Below, one piece after another: positions 59,695-64,000 of a DNA stretch of 64,000 bases (positions within the stretch are counted from its first letter, which is position 1; every line of letters starts with the position of its first letter). The notes beneath the pieces were generated by a model. It had not been told where the DNA came from. It did no database searches and saw only the letters and a list, made by a program, of their open reading frames with translations. Position numbers and translations under genes: made by a program. The DNA is from an uncultured Spirochaetota bacterium (GTDB lineage Bacteria > Spirochaetota > Spirochaetia > SZUA-6 > CAVTHK01), in NCBI GenBank assembly GCA_963734495.1, contig CAVTHK010000007.1, forward strand, positions 64,001-128,000, given 5' to 3'.

Positions 59695-61329
59695 ATAGCC
59701 CACGGGACCCGCCGCGCCCGGCCAGCTTCCGGGCCCCCGACAGCGCGAGGCAGCCCAGGACGATCGCCACGATGGCTGCGAGCGATACCTGAGCGAGCCA
59801 GTCGCCGTAGCGGGTGTAGGGCGTGACGACCCCGCGGACGATCGGCACCTCGCCAATGAGGTACCCTTCGACGAAGGGGGAAAGCATGTTGAGGATGCGT
59901 CCGTTGGGGTCGACGATCACCGTCATGCCGCCGTTGGTGCTGCGCACCAGCGAGCGCCGGTTCTCCACCGTCGCGGAAGACTCCCATGGCCATGTGCTGC
60001 ATCTCGGCTGCGACCGACCCCGCCCACGAGTCGTTGGTCATGTTGACCAGCACGTCGGCGCCGCGGCTGACGAACAGCCGGCCCAGGTAGCCGAAGGTGT
60101 CCTCGAAGCAGATGGGCGTCGAGAAGCGGACGCCTTTGTCCTCGTACACGACCGGGACGGTTCCCTTGCTCATAGAAGTGGATGTCGAACTTCTGCAGCA
60201 GGTCGTACATCCACTGGAGGACGCCGTGGAACGGGAAATGCTCGCTGAAAGGCACGAGGCGCAGCTTCCGATAGGTGTCGACGATCTCGCGGTCGCGGTA
60301 GAGGAGCGTCGCGTTGTAGTCGACGCGCACCTCCTCGCCGGTGGGCAGCACGCGTCTTCTGCCCGTCGTTGTTCCCGATGACGTAGCCGACCTTCTGCCC
60401 GTCGAGGAACTCCCGAAGGCGCCGCACGAGCTTGTACAGATCCTCATCCGTCCGGTACCGGGTGTGCCAGTCGATGCTCGGCACGAACGAGGTCTCCGAC
60501 CAGATGATGATCTCGGGATCGTGCTGCATCGCGGCCTCGCTCTGTCGAACGAGCGCCTCGAGCGAGGCCCTGTACGCCACGTAGCCTCCGCGCCACGGGT
60601 CGACGTTCTGCTGGACGAGCGCGACCTTCCATTCGCGCAGCCCGGCGGTCTCGACGGGGCTGCGGAATCCGTAGACCAGCGCGGCGGCGAAGGCCGCGGC
60701 GTAGACCGCGATTGCGGGCAGCCGCGCCCGCAGGAACGGCGCCGCCCCCGAGAGTCCGTCGCGGACGGCGTTCCCGAGCAGCGCCGACGGGAAGACGACG
60801 AGCAGCGAGACGGCCCAGACCCCGGCCAGGCTCGCGACCTGGATCAACGGGATGAAGAGGTACTGGGAGTAGCCGAGGATGCCGTAGGGGTAGCCGAGGT
60901 ACCCGAGCGTCTTGACGTACTCGTAGCCGATCCAGGCGACGATCTGCAGAAGCCAGCCCCAACGGGGGAACCGGCTGTCGACCAGCTTGAGGACCGGGAA
61001 CAGCACGAAGAAATGCGCCGCGTAGATGAGGGGCACGACCACAAGGCCGAGCGGGTGCCACGTGGCCAGCCAGAAATCGAACAGGGCGTAGCTCACGAAG
61101 CCATAGAGCGGCCCGTAGGCGAACACCCTCGCCCACGAAGCGCGGTGAACCACGACGAAGACCGGCGCCACGCTCACGAACGCCAGCGGGAACCAGCCCC
61201 ATTTGGACAGGAAGCTCGGGAAGGACAGCGCGAACAGGAGCGCCGACAGACCGAGGAGGCCGATCTCCGCGAGGGTGCGGCGCGGCCGGCCGGTCTCGAC
61301 CGCCCCGGAGGCAGGGCGGCCCGACCCAC
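59693..61329 (-). CDS. lnt: Apolipoprotein N-acyltransferase (copy 2; three or more apparent frameshifts)
   Basis: GYPYG, WSET, YRKLRLVPFSE, ICFED and ENRRSLVRSTNGG spread over four frames; start uncertain. Confidence 0.85.
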
Positions 61330-61631
61330 TACGTCCTCATCGGCCAGGCGATCTGCTTGAGCTCCTGGCCGGGCCTGAAGACCGGCACTCCGTGGTTCTC
61401 CACCGGGAAGACCTCGCCGGTCTTGGGGTTGCGCGCGCGCTTGCGTCCCTTGCGGAGACGTACCTCGAAGGTCCCGAACCCGCGCAACTCGACGACCCGG
61501 TCGTCCTGCAGCCCCTTCTTGATCTCCTCGAAGACACGGTCGATCACGCGGTGAATGCCCTTACGGCTGAGGTCGGAGTTCGTGTAGATGCTCTCGATGA
61601 TATCGGCCTTGGTAAGCTTCTTCTTCGACAT
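61329..61631 (-). CDS. HU/IHF-family DNA-binding protein (Hbb-like)
   Basis: VELRGFGTFEV..R...ARNPKTGE...FRPG; follows rpsT. Confidence 0.93.
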   Translation of the reverse strand: MSKKKLTKADIIESIYTNSDLSRKGIHRVIDRVFEEIKKGLQDDRVVELRGFGTFEVRLRKGRKRARNPKTGEVFPVENHGVPVFRPGQELKQIAWPMRT

Positions 61632-61656
61632 ACCACGCCCCCGACCACACGGGCCG

Positions 61657-61917
61657 TCAGGCTCGGCCCAGGACTTTGCTCATCCGGGATTTCTTTCTGG
61701 CGGCGGTATTCTTGTGAAGGATCCCCTTGCCCACGGCCTTGTCGAGCAGTCCGACGAGCACGCGGTACTCCTCCGCGGCCGAAGTCTTGTTTCCGGACCC
61801 GGCGGTGTCAAGGAACTCCTTGGTCTTCGTCTTGAGCATGCTCTTGTACGACTTGTTCCGCACTCGGCTGTTCTCGCTCTGGGCGTGCCTCTTTTCGACG
61901 GACGATCTCGCTGGCAA
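61657..61917 (-). CDS. rpsT: 30S ribosomal protein S20
   Basis: KGILHKNTAARKKSR; TTG start after AAGGAG. Confidence 0.95.
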   Translation of the reverse strand: MPARSSVEKRHAQSENSRVRNKSYKSMLKTKTKEFLDTAGSGNKTSAAEEYRVLVGLLDKAVGKGILHKNTAARKKSRMSKVLGRA

Positions 61918-61954
61918 CTGGTATCTCCTTATCCGTACGGAAAAACTGGGGTCG

Positions 61955-61983
61955 AAGGTAACAAAACCCGTCCGGTCTGTCAA
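61955..61983 (-). promoter_or_regulatory. Sigma70 promoter of the rpsT operon
   Basis: TTGACA-N17-TACCTT with an extended TG. Confidence 0.65.
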
Positions 61984-62137
61984 GGCCGAATCGCGATAAC
62001 TGTCCGTTGCGCAGAGTGTTACGCCCTACGGGCCGGTCGGGCGTCCGCCCGGCCGCCATCCCCGCGCCTTAGCATCCCGCGGCACTCGCTTCACAGGGGA
62101 GCGCGCGGGGGCTAAACTCCGCGATCGGGACCCGCGC

Positions 62138-62872
62138 ATGAAGGCCTTCCTGTTCACCCTGGTGTTCTTCGCGTGCGTGATCCTCGGAGACCTGCAGGTG
62201 CGCTTCCTGCGGATCGCCCGAAGCGGCGCGGCGTTCCGGGCCGCCCTGCACCGCCACCACATCAGGCTCGCCAGGATCGCCTTGAAGCTGGCCAGGACCG
62301 TGGCAGGCCTCCGGATCGTCGTCGAATCCACGGTAGAAGGTCCCTTGCCGTGCCCAGTCCTCATCGTGAGCAATCACCAGAGCATGCTCGACATCGCGTT
62401 CCTCGTCTATGCCCTCCCCGGCCATGACGTCCGTTTTGTCGCCAAGGAGGAGCTCGGCCACGGCATCCCGCTGATCGCGCCGTCCCTGCGTTACGGGCGC
62501 CACGCGCTCATCAGCCGCCGGGGCCGCTTCGACCGGACTCGGCCGGCGCTGCTCCGGCTCGCCGGGATGCCCGGGATCAGCCCGGCCGTTTTTCCCGAAG
62601 GAACACGATCGCGGAACGGGACTCTGGGGCCCTTTCACTCCTCGGCCGTGCGGGTCCTCGTCGAGGCCAACCGCCTCCCCGTGCTGGGCGTCGCGGTGGA
62701 CGGCGGCCACCTCCTGCGCGGCGTCTTGCAGCTGCACCGGGTGAGCGAAGTGGTCTACCGGGTCTGCTTTCTCCGCGTGTACCCGCCCCCCGTGGGACGG
62801 CAGGAAACGGTGCGGCTCCTCGCGCGCATCCGCGCCGACATCGAAGCGCAGCACGCGCGCTGGCGCGCGTAG
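62138..62872 (+). CDS. plsC: Lysophospholipid acyltransferase (PlsC family)
   Basis: SNHQSMLD, FVAKEEL, FPEGTRS. Confidence 0.88.
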   Translation: MKAFLFTLVFFACVILGDLQVRFLRIARSGAAFRAALHRHHIRLARIALKLARTVAGLRIVVESTVEGPLPCPVLIVSNHQSMLDIAFLVYALPGHDVRFVAKEELGHGIPLIAPSLRYGRHALISRRGRFDRTRPALLRLAGMPGISPAVFPEGTRSRNGTLGPFHSSAVRVLVEANRLPVLGVAVDGGHLLRGVLQLHRVSEVVYRVCFLRVYPPPVGRQETVRLLARIRADIEAQHARWRA

Positions 62873-62884
62873 AAGGCGGCTGCG

Positions 62885-63577
62885 TTGTCGGCTTCAGGCG
62901 GGTTCCGCGGCTTTCTGATCGATGCGGACAACACGCTGTTCGACTTCGACGCCGCCGAGCGGGACGCTCTTCTGGCCACGGTGCGGGCGCCGGCGCCTGC
63001 GCTGCTGCGCGAGTACAAGCGCATCAACGCGGCTCTCTGGGCCGACGCCGACGCGGGACGCATCAGCGTGGAAGAGCTTGCCGTCGAGCGGTTCCGGCGG
63101 CTCGCGGCGTCGCTCCGCCTGGACGCGGACCCGGCCGAGCTCGCGAGGCGGTACCTGGAGGACCTGGGCGGCCGCGCCTACCTGATCCCGGGCGCGCCGT
63201 CCGTGCTCGATCGGCTGTCGCGCAGGGCCGTGCTCGGCCTGCTTACGAACGGCATCCCGTCCGTGCAGCGCGGCAGGCTCGCCCGCTCGGGCATCGAGAT
63301 CTTCTTCCATGGGGTCTTCATTTCCGGGGAGCTCGGCATCAGCAAACCCGACCCCGCGATCTTCCACCACGCCGCCCGCGAGCTGCACCTCGCGCCGCAC
63401 GAGCTTCTGTGCGTCGGCGACAACCCCGCCGCGGACATCAGGGGCGGTCACGCGGCGGGCATGGCGACCTGCTGGGTGAACCTGCAGGCGGCCCCGTACC
63501 CTCCCGAGGAGCCGCCTCCCGATTACGTGGTCACGAGCCTGGAAGAGCTGCTTGACCTCGCGCCTCAGCCCTCCTGA
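62885..63577 (+). CDS. HAD-family hydrolase (YjjG-like nucleotidase)
   Basis: DADNTLFDF, TNG, KPDPAIF, VGDN..ADI. Confidence 0.88.
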   Translation: MSASGGFRGFLIDADNTLFDFDAAERDALLATVRAPAPALLREYKRINAALWADADAGRISVEELAVERFRRLAASLRLDADPAELARRYLEDLGGRAYLIPGAPSVLDRLSRRAVLGLLTNGIPSVQRGRLARSGIEIFFHGVFISGELGISKPDPAIFHHAARELHLAPHELLCVGDNPAADIRGGHAAGMATCWVNLQAAPYPPEEPPPDYVVTSLEELLDLAPQPS

Positions 63578-64000
63578 GCGGCCGGGACCCAGCGCTTCTC
63601 GGACGCGATGTAGCGAAGGGCATCGAGCGCGAGCACCAGCACGCGGCCCGACTCGGCCGTGAGCCGCACCTTGCGCGAGAGGATGTTCACCTCGGAAACC
63701 CTGCAGGGCTCTCCCTCCCATGTGATCCGCGCGCCTACCGACGGCGCGCGGTTCCTCTCGTCGCTGTAGTACGGGTACTCGTAGGACAGGCAGCAGAGCA
63801 GCCGGCCGCACGGGCCGGAAATCTTGGTCGAGTTCAGCGAGAGGTCCTGCTTCTTGGCCATCTTGATCGAGACCGGGTTCATCCGATCGGTGAGCTTGTG
63901 GCAGCAGAACGCCCGACCGCAGACACCGAGCCCCCCGAGCAGGCGCGACTCGTCGCGCACGCCGATCTGCCGGAGCTCGACGCGCAAGCGGAACACCTGC
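63565..64000 (-). CDS. PSP1/RicT family protein (5' end outside the window)
   Basis: ELRQIGVRDE, GVCGRAFCC, KISGPCGRLLCCL. Confidence 0.92.
   Translation of the reverse strand, partial: QVFRLRVELRQIGVRDESRLLGGLGVCGRAFCCHKLTDRMNPVSIKMAKKQDLSLNSTKISGPCGRLLCCLSYEYPYYSDERNRAPSVGARITWEGEPCRVSEVNILSRKVRLTAESGRVLVLALDALRYIASEKRWVPAAQEG

Noticed and set aside
34438-61329. Two lnt genes as a novelty
   Set aside because: Duplicate Lnt paralogs are known in treponemes, and both copies have ordinary catalytic motifs.

Overview
A high-GC chromosomal segment, almost certainly from a spirochete: it carries CfpA cytoplasmic filament protein, a ~900-aa spirochete-type GreA, rpsT-HU and tamB-bamA-skp-mutS. 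It is mostly core and envelope genes: motAB, guaA, purB, a PPDK-like protein, two paralogous VWA membrane proteins, NrnA, UvrD/Rep, two Lnt paralogs, yebC-ruvCAB-queA, tmk, rpmE, rho, cinA, a bactofilin and PSP1. I saw no rRNA, tRNA, CRISPR or transposase. At least six genes, including bamA, carry indels that look like assembly errors. Two signals stand out. (1) A dispersed family of intergenic hairpins has variable stems but conserved loops, either ANGGA (the CsrA/RsmA-binding signature) or G-TACT-C. These form arrays between divergent genes that end at the -35 box of the next promoter. (2) In the cfpA operon, the PPDK homolog keeps its PEP site and phospho-His but has lost the ATP-grasp catalytic motifs, so it may be a PEP-driven phosphotransferase linked to the filament. 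Gene calls come from motif recognition only, and no database search was run.
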